Source: Podospora anserina
Lineage: Eukaryota
NCBI GenBank assembly: GCA_017654855.1
Contig: CM030338.1
Span: 3,658,001-3,722,000 of the forward strand
Direction: 5' to 3'
Length of the DNA: 64,000 bases
Program-made: the position numbers and the translations under genes
Shown: in pieces, positions 13,908 to 26,200 of the stretch
Layout: each line of letters begins with the position of its first letter
Numbering within the stretch: position 1 is the first letter of the stretch
The notes under the pieces: generated by a model
Told to the model about the DNA's origin: nothing
The model's database searches: none
The model's input: the letters and a program-made list of their open reading frames with translations, nothing else

Positions 13908-14512
13908 TGGGTAGCCACTAATTATGTGATGGGGTGATTAGAGGAAACCAGAATAAATAAGGTTTAGTGAAAATGGCAAAGCATTGGGTCTATTCTTCCG
14001 AGCTATGAATATAGTTAGATAAGAGCTTGATACCAGTTTGGGGGGTATGAGGAGATCTGAATGACGTTTCAGCGGGGTATCTAGAGTCTACAACCTCACT
14101 TTAGGCTGCACATAAAACTCGTATGGAGGTTTATCACACTGGAATACCGCGGGGCCTTGATGCCGTCAACCATGCCCTTAATATTGCCTCCCATCAGCTC
14201 AACAAAACAACAGCATGGATTGCGGAGGCAAAACAATGAACTGAATGCCAAGTATCCAGCCACGTCTTAGTCATTCAGTGGCCTCCGCATTCCTCCACTG
14301 CATCCTGCTCCATGAAAACCCATACCTATAATTACTACACACGTAGCCAAGCCCTAGCAGCCAATTACGTCTGGTTTGATTACCTCTCTTATCTACATCG
14401 ACTTCAAACGTCGAGCTTTGCATCCTACCACCGCCATTTTCGCAGGGGGTTTCACCAACCTATCTATCTAACCTTGCCTATTGTCATTCAGTTCATCTAT
14501 CACACAGTGACC

Positions 14513-15586
14513 ATGAAAATTACAACAGTAGGAATCACCATCTTAAATGATCAGATCCTTTCTCTAACGACTTGTACACAGCTTTATGTCTATCCCATAA
14601 AGGCCCTTCGCGGCATCAAACTCAAATCAGCCCGAATCGGGCCCCAAGGCATTGCCCATGACCGGACTTTCATGCTCTTCCAGGTTTCTGAACCTGATGG
14701 GGAGCTCAAGAAAATGCAGGTCGATTCCCATCCACAATGCGCTCTTTTTGAACAAGAGTTCTCGGGTGGTAACATTTCGGTTCGATATCACGACCCAGAA
14801 AATCAAGACCAAGATGAGCAGCCGCTCGTGATCCCACTCATCGTCGACACTGCCACCCTCGCCAAAATAAACGTCAATCTTCATGGCAGCGCACCATCAT
14901 CAGCCTACTCAATGGGATCACCCTATGAAGACTGGTTCACTGCCCGGTTTGGCTCTCCTATCAGACTGGTCTACATTGGAGATGGGAAGAGGGCTGTACT
15001 GGGTGATACCCTCCCTCCTAAGAAGCATCAACAAACCACTCAGAATGGCAAGGGCGGTTGGCTATCATCCCTAACGTCCTATGTCACCGGAAGGGGTCAG
15101 GAGGGGAAGCCATGGATTACCTTCACTGATGTCGCACCTTTACTTGTGACATCCGAGTCGTCCCTACATGATGTCAGCGCTCGGCTGCCTGCTGATCAAC
15201 CCATGCCCATGTATAAGTTTCGTCCCAACATCGTGGTCGATGGGCAGGGTGAAGAAGCCTGGGCGGAGGACTTGTGGGCTGAATTGACCTTCAACAACAA
15301 GCACAAGCTGCTCCTCACCGGGAACTGCGTGCGATGCGTGAGCTTAAATGTTGATTATGAAACTGGCAAGCCCGCTGTGGGAGAGCTGGGGAGTGTTTTG
15401 AAGAAGTTGATGAAAGACAGACGAGTGGATACTGGGTCCAAGTGGTCGCCTGTTTTTGGCCGATATGCTTTCCCTGCTGTAATGCAAGACAGCCAGGGTG
15501 CGAGTTTCGAGCTGAGGGTTGGGGACGAAGTGGAGGTCACCAAGAGAAATGCGGAGCGAACTGTTTGGGATTGGCCTGGGCTATAA
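14513..15586 (+). CDS. MOSC-domain (mARC-like) protein; probable intron 14528-14581
   Basis: MKITT|LYVYPIKALRG, HDRTFML, FTDVAPLLVTSESSL, KFRPNIVV, CVRC, LRVGDEV. Confidence 0.88.
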   Translation: MKITTVGITILNDQILSLTTCTQLYVYPIKALRGIKLKSARIGPQGIAHDRTFMLFQVSEPDGELKKMQVDSHPQCALFEQEFSGGNISVRYHDPENQDQDEQPLVIPLIVDTATLAKINVNLHGSAPSSAYSMGSPYEDWFTARFGSPIRLVYIGDGKRAVLGDTLPPKKHQQTTQNGKGGWLSSLTSYVTGRGQEGKPWITFTDVAPLLVTSESSLHDVSARLPADQPMPMYKFRPNIVVDGQGEEAWAEDLWAELTFNNKHKLLLTGNCVRCVSLNVDYETGKPAVGELGSVLKKLMKDRRVDTGSKWSPVFGRYAFPAVMQDSQGASFELRVGDEVEVTKRNAERTVWDWPGL

Positions 15587-15667
15587 CTTATAATTGGTGA
15601 GAGAGGCTTCTATATTTCAAGGTATAACTGCAATATATTCCCGGGGAAGCGATGGTGGTATAATGAA

Positions 15668-17388
15668 CTATGAAATATGTGTAGCCATATTCAAGCCATC
15701 CTCGTTGTCGAAGCTTGACATATTCCGCCTGCGAAAGAAATACTGGGTGATGTGTCTTTGTTGAGGCACACCTCCGCGTCTCTCCCGACTGACACCATCA
15801 TCTGTCCAGATAGAAGGCGTGGGTGACGAGATTTGCCTCGGCGGTGGCACTGATTCAAACCGTTGCTTGGAAATGGAGGGCGTGGGATACTCGATGGTGA
15901 TGCCTGCCGGGCGAACCTCAGCGGCGACACGATCTATCCTGTCGTATGGATAGACTTCAGGCTTAGTGTTGTTGGATCCAGGGCTGAAGAATCCCACGTC
16001 GGGATTGAAGTCGACTTTTATGCTTTGCAGTGGTATCTTACGGGCAATCGCGGCAAGAGCAAGCCCTCGCAACCAATCCTCATCGGCTTGGTCAAAGTTG
16101 GAGATGCCTTCTGAGCATTGCTGGTCAACCCCAGCCCATTGCCAACAGAACTTTCGCAAACGCGGGGCTAGCAGCTTCAAGTAGGTAACAGAGCTCACCA
16201 CGTTGTCCCTACTCCACGGGTCTGCGCCCACCCAATGCACCATAGTGTTCCAGCGTGAGAGAGAGAGGTCCTCCAGCAGGGGAAAGTCAGTCACGTCAAA
16301 GCTACCAAGCGCGCCTGTTAAGTAGGATATCTCGATTGAGCGAAGCGTTTCTTTGTGGTGGGAGAGCAGGACGTGCATAACAGTCAAGTCAAAGGCTCGA
16401 TGCCTGCGAAGCCCGGTGTTGTGGAAACCAGTGCGGGAATGAAAAGTGCTCGAGCTCCCTGAAAACAAGTAGAAAGCGCTGTAGGTTGTCAGGGCTGTCT
16501 TCAAAGCAGCTGAGCGTAATGGAAGTGATGGCCGAGGAGCTCCGGTGGCTCTGGATGTGGGTCTGGTCAGCCTGATTTATATCTCTACAGGACAAAAAGA
16601 ATACGAAGACGAGGTCTTGCCTTGAATACGCTTAAGGGGAACTGTGGGTATGTCGGCGAAACACTGTACAGTTCGAGGACTTTGAGACTGGGCATGTCGT
16701 TAATCATCTAGCAGACCGGCACAAGGCGGAGCGCATCCTCCAGGCTAAGATAAAACGACTCGAGGGCTGGCATCGCCATCGTAACTGTGCGGAGAATAGC
16801 CCAAAACTTGTCTGGATGCCGATTCAACACAGTGAAATGGAGTTGCGTCGTGTTCGGGCATGAGTTTACCAGAGCCATGGCGTTGTCGAGATTGAACCTG
16901 GTCGAAAAGACGCCATCATTTTCCTGAACTACCAACTGCAGTTTTCGGCAGTATTGGCCCAGTGTTGGATTGTTGCGAAGGCTGGAAACTAAGTGCTTGA
17001 TTGCCCTGGGCTTCCTGATGTAGTCCTGAGACCAGACGCTGTTTCGCCCAAAGCTGATGCTGAGGGTTCGATAAAAGAACGGCGTTATGATACGCCTAAA
17101 ACGGCGACACACTGCCAACAGGGCCACGGCATCTCGATATTATCAGCATGGTTTAGATGGCCACCACCAAACCGACCATGGTGGCGCAGTTCGTGAGTTG
17201 CCAACTCGAGGATCACCACCAGAAGCTCGTCTGGTAGACTGATAAGCCCTATGCTGAGCACTCCATTCTGAACAGATGTAGCGGGGGTTTGGGGGCCTGA
17301 CAATGATGAGCTGACCAGCTTCAGATCGACCTAGAAGGGCATCGCGACCAGATCCACGTCCAGCAAGATATCGGCATGGAGCCGCCAT
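15668..17388 (-). pseudogene. Disrupted F-box / leucine-rich-repeat-like protein gene
   Basis: F-box motif LISLPDELLVVILELA lies in one frame; its continuation (ALLAVCRRFRRIITPFFYRTL) lies in another. In-frame TAG at 16710-16708 is followed by protein-like sequence (MINDMPSLKVLEL). A further frame change near 16400 leads into LRR-like text (LRSIEISYL, FPLLEDLSLS, LLAPRLRKFCW). Confidence 0.72.
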
Positions 17389-17796
17389 TCTTGCTTGTCT
17401 GTTGCTCTTCCGTTCTTGGAGATGGTGTCCGAGTTGTTCTCAGAAGAAGCACGCTGAGAGAGAAGATATCATCAGTATTGCTGTTTGCTGCCTGTTCTGC
17501 CTGTTGTCAATGCGTGGTTGGGTCTGGTCTGGAAACAGGGAAGATTTACACGTTAGGTATTGGACATCACCAAAAGGGACACAGTGCAACGGACCCCTGT
17601 ACCCCTGAGCCCTTTTCGCACTCAGTGGATCTGTGCGCGCAGTGGCGGGACCCCACATCGAATTGCCGTGGGGACAGCCCCCTAAAACGTGGTGAACAGA
17701 AGAGCGTTGCTTGAAGGCGAAACAGCTATCGACTGAACCTCTCTTTTACCTTGGCCAACACCAACACCATATATTTCACCATTTTGTCTCATCATC

Positions 17797-20700
17797 ATGG
17801 CTGTTGAGCAAGTGGAAGAGCCGCTGTGTAAAGCAATCCGAACCTCGGACGACAAGCCATGCACGGTGCCAGCCATTGAGACTTCCAACGGCAACCTCTT
17901 TTGCAAACTCCACGCAAAACAATGCTATGGCTTATATCTGGGTTACCAAGAGACATACCAATGAGTTCATGACGCTTGCGGAAAAGAAATCCTCGTTTTT
18001 AAGGGATACCAAGGCCTCTCTCAACACCATGTCGTTTGAAGGCATCCAGTCTCTGGAAGAACTGACCCAGGTCTATGAGTACCTGTTTAACCAGTTCGTC
18101 CTGGTGGGGAAAGCCATCAGGGCCCGAGAACTGCACCACAAACATTTTTACTCCAGGACATGGACTACGGCCACAAGGCTTTTTTAGACAAGCTCGTCAA
18201 CACTCGCTACTCGATCCAAAAGGCACTGGAGAACCTCGAAAAGCGCACCGCTGAGCTTTTGTACGAAAAGGAAAAGTGGTACAATTGGGTTCGGGATGCT
18301 CAGGATGACCAAGACAAGAACCGGGAGAAGGAGCAGAAGAAGAGGTTCAAACAGGAGCACGCCCTGTTTCAACGCCACAAGCGCGAGTTGGAGGCCCGCC
18401 TTGCTGCTGCCAGGGCCAAGGAAGAGGAACGGAGCCAGGCTGCGTATTTGGAAGAGATTTTGACCGAACGCATGGCTGCCTCTGCATCCGAGGATAGTGA
18501 AGACTCTTCGTGGGATCCTATCGAGAATGTAGTGGAGAACACCCGAGGACAGTACTTGGATCTCATACGCCATTTCCTGTGGATTGAGCCCCCTGTCGTG
18601 GAGAACAAAGAGGAGGAAGTACGCGTTCATCCCACTCCTGCGGGAGCTCCCGGTGTGGACGGCGGTGCGGAAGCCGCGATTGAGAAGGGGGGTGAGATGA
18701 CAGCAGCCGAAAAGAAGAAGGCTAGGAAGCGGGCAAAGAAAAAGTCGTCAAAGACGGCAGCAGCAGCACAGAACCAGGAAGCTGGCAGTTCGGTCGCGAC
18801 AGGAAAATCCCAGCCACAGCCAGACAAGAGCAAGATAGAGAGCAAAGAGGACGTGAGAAAGTGGCTCAAGGAGGGCGTTGAAAAAGACTACAGCCATATC
18901 AATGGACCAATGCTCATGGGCACCGCGCAAATCCCGGCCGAGCTGGCCAAAAGAACAGCCCCTGTCAAAGACGAGGATATTGTCAAACTCATTGCTGACA
19001 TCACCGAGATTAAGGAGCTTCTGTTTTGTCGCCAGGTCATGTCACGCTCTGCGCTTCTCCCAGCTGCACTCAAAGCCAATAGTTTAAGGGAATTCCTCGC
19101 CGATCCTTCCATCTCCGACTCTGATCTCCTAGATCTCTGCATCCAGGTGGAACAGCCTAGTCTGCAAGCCCTTCGAGATGCCTGTGCCGATTTTGTGCGG
19201 GGGGATGAGCCAGACAAAGACGAAGATGACGAGGATGGTGAGGACGACAAGTACGGCTCAGTCGCAGAATATATTCGCCATCATTATCGCTATGGGGCTC
19301 TTGAAGACCTGTATCGCGAAGCCCTCAGCAGCATGTCCCGCAGAGTCCTTCGGGGCTCGGACAAACTCTTTGAAGACATTGCCGAGGACGAAAAACCCAA
19401 AGACAAGAAAATGAAGGTACAGATTTGGGGCTGAAGCTTTTGGAACCACGCCAGTCAGCACAGCATGGCTCGAAATGGCTAGTTACACTTCTCCATCATG
19501 ACCAGGGACTGCGAGTTTCCAAAGGCCATTTAACTTTGCCGCAACTGAGATGAGTTCTTTGAGCTCAACTGTCTGGCCTTGTGGCAGTGTTTCCCTGCCA
19601 GCAAATGAACCGGATGGAGCGGAAACTTCCTCATCGAAGAGCTGACGCAACTTGTTCGTATCCCCGCAGCTACCTGCCGCCCCTTGCGCCCCAAACAATG
19701 CCTGCTAACCACCTAAACTCACATCGTAGGGATTCGTGTCATTCTTCATGGACCTGACAGCACAGCAGGAGACGACATACAACCAGTTTGGTACCACCCG
19801 TCGGAAAGCACTTCGAAAGCAAAGTCTTGTTGTGGAGGCGCGCAACTTCATATGTGCTCACATGAAACGCAACGATCCCATCAGTCGGCGATTCATTCAG
19901 TACGCCCTCATGCGTCCTGGCGAACATTTCATTCTTGTTCGAGATGGCAAGACTGGTCGCATTGGCGTCGCGCCTGAAGACTACAACCGCTGGATCGTCC
20001 GATCGAGGTCGGGAGTGGGCGTTAGGCCTGGCGAGGGCTATGGCCGTCATGGGAACGATGGATGGGACCTCGAGCTTGAGGTAGATGCCATGTCCTTTGA
20101 GCTTACTGGGATGCAGTGCCAGTGGAAGTTCAGCTTTTCCGCTAACCACGAGATTTATATCTGGGACTTCGCCCCAGGAAACAGCCTTGGCAAGATGTAT
20201 AAGTACATCAAGGAGGTGAGTTCCCAGGCCCCTCGACACAGCCGACTTCCCCGATGCTAACCGTCTGCACAATGCTTGAGCAAGGCCCATCGTATCAGGG
20301 GTAACCGTGACAAGTACAAACACATGAAGCCCGTCATGGAGACCCTTACTCGCGAGCCAGACACCATGCGCGTTCGTCAGATTCAGCCTGGAGAAAATGT
20401 CAAGAGTTTGTACGATGAGCTTGCCGGACCTGATGCGCAGTTCTATGTTCGGACCAACCTGGGAAAGATGATCAGGACATGCCAGGACGTTCCACCTGGG
20501 TGCTCCCCGTACGAGTACTACAACGATACTGACGCTGCGGAAGATGCAATTCTCTTTGAGGAAGAACAGCTGGAAGGTGTGCAGAACATACCGTTTGTTG
20601 AAATATCAAACCCGGTCCAGCAACTGGAGTCCACTCATATGCCCTTGAGCATGCTGAACCACAAAGCCAATCAGCTGACGGGCGAAATGCCCGATGCTTT

Positions 20701-22379
20701 GGAAGAGATTCTCGGCATCAGCCGGAAGAAGTTGGTGGAGAAGAAAGGCAACACGCCGTATGCTCCTGGGTCCGAAGAGTTCCCCTTTGAGGCCCCGCCC
20801 ATCTGGCAGCAACAGCACGATATCATCACCGAGACACCTCTCACATCTCCCCGCGCCAAGCTGCTTACGTCCCTGGATTTTGCTTCAATCAAACTCAAAA
20901 TCAGCATGGCAGAACTCGAGGAAACGGCCTGTGCACAGGAGACCATGGAGCGAGATAGATCCTACAGTATGCACGCCATCGTCTACAGCTCTTCACGGCA
21001 CCATTACATTTGCTAACTCTGGCTCTCCCTACCTTAGTCTTCAAGGATACGTTCCATATCGGTGACCTCGAACCCGGGGCACAAGATCGATACAAAGAGT
21101 CGATGAAGCTCATAACTGGTCTGCAGAAATACCAATCACCTCATCCTCGTCGCCATGAAGAATGGACATGGTTCTGCATGGAGATCCTCAACTGGCTCAA
21201 TTTGAAGATCTACTACGATGTCTACGTACGAGATCCCGCCAACCCTTGGCCTCACCGCTACATTCTACAGGACATCGTACAGGCATTCATGACCATGGGC
21301 TTGTTTTTCCCAAACGTAGAGGTAACGTCCATTGTACAAGAACACCTTGGATCTAGGGAGGGACAGGCTTTCAGGAACAGCAAGATCCTCGATCCGGAAG
21401 CTCGTCGTCAAGTGAGACCAGACGCGCGTACAAGAACCAGTTGTGCTTATCGGCCAAGGAAGTTCTGGGATGGGTGGGAAAATAAAGTCTATACAGGAGA
21501 TGACCTGTACATTGACAAATTCCCATTTGATTGGAACATGGCCATCCGGCCCATCATCGCAAAGCGTAAGTTTTCCACCTTGTTTCTTTAGCCCGGCCTG
21601 CGGTCGTCTTGCTCACATGGCTCAATGAACAGTTTACCGAGCCGGCATGATTGGACCCGCGTGCGTCGAGCCTCGCCCAGATGTGGTCCCTGGATTCGCG
21701 ACAGCAAACACGGAGCAGCACCGGCCAGATAAGCTCGATCTCTTCATCACGTACAGCAACACGGACGAGTTTGTCCAAGGCATGCCCCCATCGCTCATCG
21801 ACTACCAAGACTGGCCAGAGCTGCTGCCGGCCGTAAGAAGGTTTGCAGCGATCTGCAAGACGAAGACACCACGGTTTGCCCTACTTCGCCTCTGATCAGC
21901 TCCCCATTTCTACCCTGTCATGATGCTGCTGCCCATGCGGCAGGCCGTTTCATTTTTAGATCCCGTGAGGCGAGCTTGGGAGTGTAAGTTTATTCCAAAG
22001 GACATGCCCATGAGCGAATGGAGTGTACACAACACAACGATGTTGCGGCTCGGGTTCCTTCGTGAGCAAATGATGGGTCTCGGACCCGGTTTCCAAGACG
22101 CCGGTGGACAAATCCAGAGGCCGTTTATGGGCCGAAACGAAGTACAGCGCCAAAGACAAATTCAGTCATGGCCATTCTGAACTGGATGACAAGACCTTGC
22201 GCCGGGGCGATCTGATTTTGGTCATGGGAGGCGATGAGAAGGACTTGCTCAAATGGTGCACTGCTGTCACTTTTGCCATGCAGACCAAACCGTGGCTGCG
22301 CGAAGTTGACCTGTGGAAGAGCTTCATCAACGTGGACTTGGCGTTCTTGGAGAGCCTAGACTCACACTGCCTGGAATGA
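17797..22379 (+). pseudogene. Large multi-exon fungal protein gene of unknown function, disrupted
   Basis: Collinear coding fragments from ATG 17797 to TGA 22379. Frameshifts near 17947, 18155 and 22100; in-frame stops at 19432, 19480, 19531, 19546, 19606 and 21893; intron-like segments (e.g. 20216-20272, 20966-21037). Confidence 0.85.
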
Positions 22380-22633
22380 TTGTGCTCGAAGCTTGATGTA
22401 TGTTTGGGTATCAACTTGTGTGTTCCGTGCTTGGGATAGCCCTCAAGCCTTTTGAAATATCAATAGCAGGCTCTTCTTCGTACTGTTTGAAAAACGCACG
22501 TATGTATGTCGTAGGTCCTCATGAATACGAAGCATGAGTCACTCTGCAACAACGGAATATCAACAGATAGATGTTTTGATGGTCTCAAATCCCCTTTTCT
22601 TTTATATACCAACCCACAACCCCCTCTAGTGTG

Positions 22634-23293
22634 TCAGGTCTTCTTCCAAACACTAATATGGAAACTCGGCCCCCCACAAGCCTCAAACACATTTTTTTGA
22701 CCAGGACATTGAGCGTGGCAGCCCCAATCCGGCGCCCTCTTGAGTTTGTCGGCCGTTGACCCACAGAAGCACCGCCTTCCATTCGTAGTACCAAAGTATT
22801 GATAGATCCTATCTGTGCACTTATCTGCACAGATCTGGTTCGTCAGGTTTTCTTTGTCGTACTGGACATAGTCCGAAAGGACGCGATCAGAGTTGTCGTA
22901 ATAGCAACCAAAGTAGGACCAGCCGGGGACGCTAACTTGAATCGTTTCGGTTAGACTTGCGGAGATGGGCAGAAGTGGTTGCTGTTGTTCTTGTGGGTGG
23001 GAGGTGCTCGTGTTGACTTGGGTATTAATGACTGATGGAAGCGTTCTTTCTAGTTGAATTACTTTGTGCCCCAGCAGCCCGGCTACTACAACCAAGCAGG
23101 CTGTGACGAAGGCGAGGGAGAATGTCAAGATGGCGATAGGGAGGTCAAGACCGAGGACTTGTCTTTTCTTCTGAACTGTCGAGTGTGGCCGCGGTGGTAA
23201 GCTGCCGTCGTGGCGGTAAACAACGCCTTCGTCATCTTCGAGGTAATGTTTTTGATCTGGTTTCGCCCGCCATGGGTGCTGACCCGCACCCAT
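22634..23293 (-). CDS. Single-pass membrane protein with C-terminal WSC domain
   Basis: Hydrophobic helix (IAILTFSLAFVTACLVVVAGLLG), then WSC cysteine pattern YFGCYYD...C.DKC...YFG..NGRRCFCG...C...CPG...ACGG. Start codon uncertain. Confidence 0.8.
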   Translation of the reverse strand: MGAGQHPWRAKPDQKHYLEDDEGVVYRHDGSLPPRPHSTVQKKRQVLGLDLPIAILTFSLAFVTACLVVVAGLLGHKVIQLERTLPSVINTQVNTSTSHPQEQQQPLLPISASLTETIQVSVPGWSYFGCYYDNSDRVLSDYVQYDKENLTNQICADKCTDRIYQYFGTTNGRRCFCGSTADKLKRAPDWGCHAQCPGQKNVFEACGGPSFHISVWKKT

Positions 23294-26200
23294 GGAGCTT
23301 TGGTGATGGCAGCTATAAACCTCTGGGAGGGCATTCCCGTGGTTCTTTTCTCGGTTTGGAATTGGGAGATTTGATTCGAACTTGTAGTTATGTTAACTCG
23401 GAGCTGGGATTTCACGGCGAAAGGGGAGAAAGGGCCGAGACTTACATCGTTCATGTTTACTGTTTGATTCTCCTGGGAGGCAGGTCTGGAGCTGGGAAGA
23501 AGCGAGCGGTAGAAAAAGGTAGGACAAGCTTTGTTAAAAAGCCATGTCTTCATTCTGAGATGCCTCACTCATACATGGATATCAAGACACTAGTCCCGAT
23601 CAGCAACCCAGCCCCTGAGCTGACATTGATGCTGGCCCCCAACTCACCAAATCATCACACTCCTTCGGACTTATATTTAGTTAGCCTCGCATTCCTGATC
23701 CTTCCGCTCTATCAGATCGCAGGCGGAGCGCAAGCCTCAACTCTTCAACCTTTCCCAATCGAATTATTTCGCTATCTTAATTGGATTGTCCAACGCAGCG
23801 AGAATGTGCTGCGCCATCACCAGACGCCAGTTCATGTGATCGAGGCCTGGATGAGATTCCTGACAATGGCTCCATCCCAGCTCTAAATTCCAGTCGCCCC
23901 AAAACAGAAGAACCATGAGTGGGCAAATTCGAGGGTTCAAAGTAATTCAAGTTGAAAAAGAACCCGGAACCACGGTGGCGGGTCGCCGTGGGGGGCAACC
24001 AGCATGCCGTTTTGGCTTAGGCCACTCGCCTGAGCCATTCAAAACAAACCCTTTTTTTGACTGCCTTGGCTTGCTTGTCTTGCAAGCGACTGGCCTCCAG
24101 TTGATTGATGAGCATATGGCGGCCGCAGCTAAAGAGGATCTGCATCCTGTTCAGCTACGGGGTCGACAGTATTGACGGCAGGAGCATCCATGATCGACAG
24201 GCAGCAGAAAGTAGAGTTGATGGCCGGCCGAGTCAGTCAAGGTAGCCAACCCTGATGCAAGTAATTATAGAATGTCTCGAGGAACATTGCTTAGGTAGAC
24301 TGGGTACCTAAGCATCTAGCCAAGACCAAATATGGACATTGGAGAGTGCCGCGTCGACAAGCCTCTTAACTGAATCGTTCTCGATGGCTCTGAACAAGAA
24401 ATTCCGGGTCATCTAAAGACCTCCTGAACAAACCGCTGCACCCAGTCAGCGATTTTCGTCGAGTATAAGACCTTTCCGAACTCGGCGGCGTCTCCCTCGC
24501 AAAGAGATTCGGCAAGCGTCGGAATTAACAACGCAGAAACTCTCGCCCAGCCAACGCTACGATCCTTTCCTTTCCTAGAGGAAGAATTCTTCAGCGGTGG
24601 ACTATCGCCACTTACGAATTGCTTGCTACTTGCTGGCCTCCCACACTTTCCAGCTACCGAAAAGTAAGATTTCAGCCACGATTCCGGGAAAAAAGGGGGG
24701 TGAAACCCTTCCGGTAGGGGCACAAGGAGGACCTCGCCACCACTGGCTGTGGTTCGGGGTGCAATCGCGACGTCATCATGGCAGCAGTCAGGGGTCATGA
24801 TGTAGTAGGAGACCCAGAGGTCTGCCCTACAACTAAACGGATGGAATGCAAGGGAAGACATGCGGTGATGTGGGAGATGAAGCCGGTTGGCTGCCGAAAC
24901 GCCCGCTGCACCGAGAGTCTGAAGCCGAGACTAACCTTACCTAATGCCCTTGTGCATAAGGTACCTGCCTACGGAGAGGAGGGCAAGTACGGAGGGCCGG
25001 ATTTATACAGGATGGGACCGACCCACTGCCGACGCCGACAGCGCACCGGTTTTCTGGGTGGGAGCACCGTCCGGGACAGCCCGAGAACGGGTACCTGCTC
25101 CGTGCTTCACCTCCCGAGTCTGGCCTTTTCAGAGACCGACCAATCAGTTCGAGATGCCCTAGTATCTCCTGAAGAACGAGGGAACGGGGCGGCGGACATC
25201 TGGTAGACTGCACTTCTGATATATCTATTAGGTTGTGGCGACATCTGGGACATGTTTAGCCGGGTGACAGTATTGAGGCGGCATACCAATCCCTCTCGCT
25301 GGGAGAATTAGTTTACCTACCATGGGCCTCTGACGAAGGACCCCCCCCCATATGTTGTACATTATGTGTGCGCAACCAATATCGGGCCATCCCACCCACT
25401 CTTGATGTGCCCAGTGGGATCTTATGCATCACAGTTGGCCGTCACCCACGCAAATTACGTGCAGCGGCTGGAGATTGTAGCTTCTTCGGGACAGGGTCTC
25501 GACTAGCAGATCACGGGGTCATTTTTTGGGAAGGTAATTATCTGCTGGTTCAGGAACGAGGTCCATACCTATCAATGCCCACTTAGCGTTGATACAAAAC
25601 AGGCCTGGTAGAATCACCAAGCTGCCGGCCATTCCTTAGCCCGCAAGAGCACGATGACTACAGGACTGTTGCTGCGGGAATTTGGAAAGACGGCAAGTCG
25701 AAAATGTGGTGGATTGGGTTACTCATGCAACCGGCGATGCAACTGCAGCTGGTTCGCATGCAAAGAGACGACGAATCAGCAGTTGGACGTTGCTGGATCC
25801 TGCAGCAGCATCGTGGAACCCTCCTCGCTTCCGTGCCTCCGTCTGCTGTACACCTGACCTTTTTGCTTTTCTTGAGGGAAGCCAGTCGTCCCACGGCACG
25901 GTAGGGCTCTTGGAAAAAGAGCCGCAGCTCAATCATGGTCGTTTATATTGACGGCCATCTGGCTCATGTGTGGATTCGGGGTAGAGTTGGGGATGCAATC
26001 TGGATCAAGTGGACCAAGATATCCGCCATCGTCATGGTTCTCGTTCGCTTCGGGGGCTTTTCATATCGGGTGGTGCGGCCCCAAGGGTAACGCGGCTGTC
26101 CCCGAGAGAGTCAACAGACATCTACAGGATGTTCCCCCAACGAAGGTAGAGGTGTGTGCCTTGGTGATCTGGACATACATGATTGTACAGCTGGTGTGGT

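Noticed and set aside
19432..19608. Stop-codon reassignment or selenocysteine as an explanation for the in-frame stops
   Set aside because: All three stop types occur together with frameshifts and a broken splice site, and neighbouring genes use the standard code.
23185..23886. 233-aa plus-strand ORF
   Set aside because: GTG start, antisense overlap with the WSC gene 5' end, no recognisable features.
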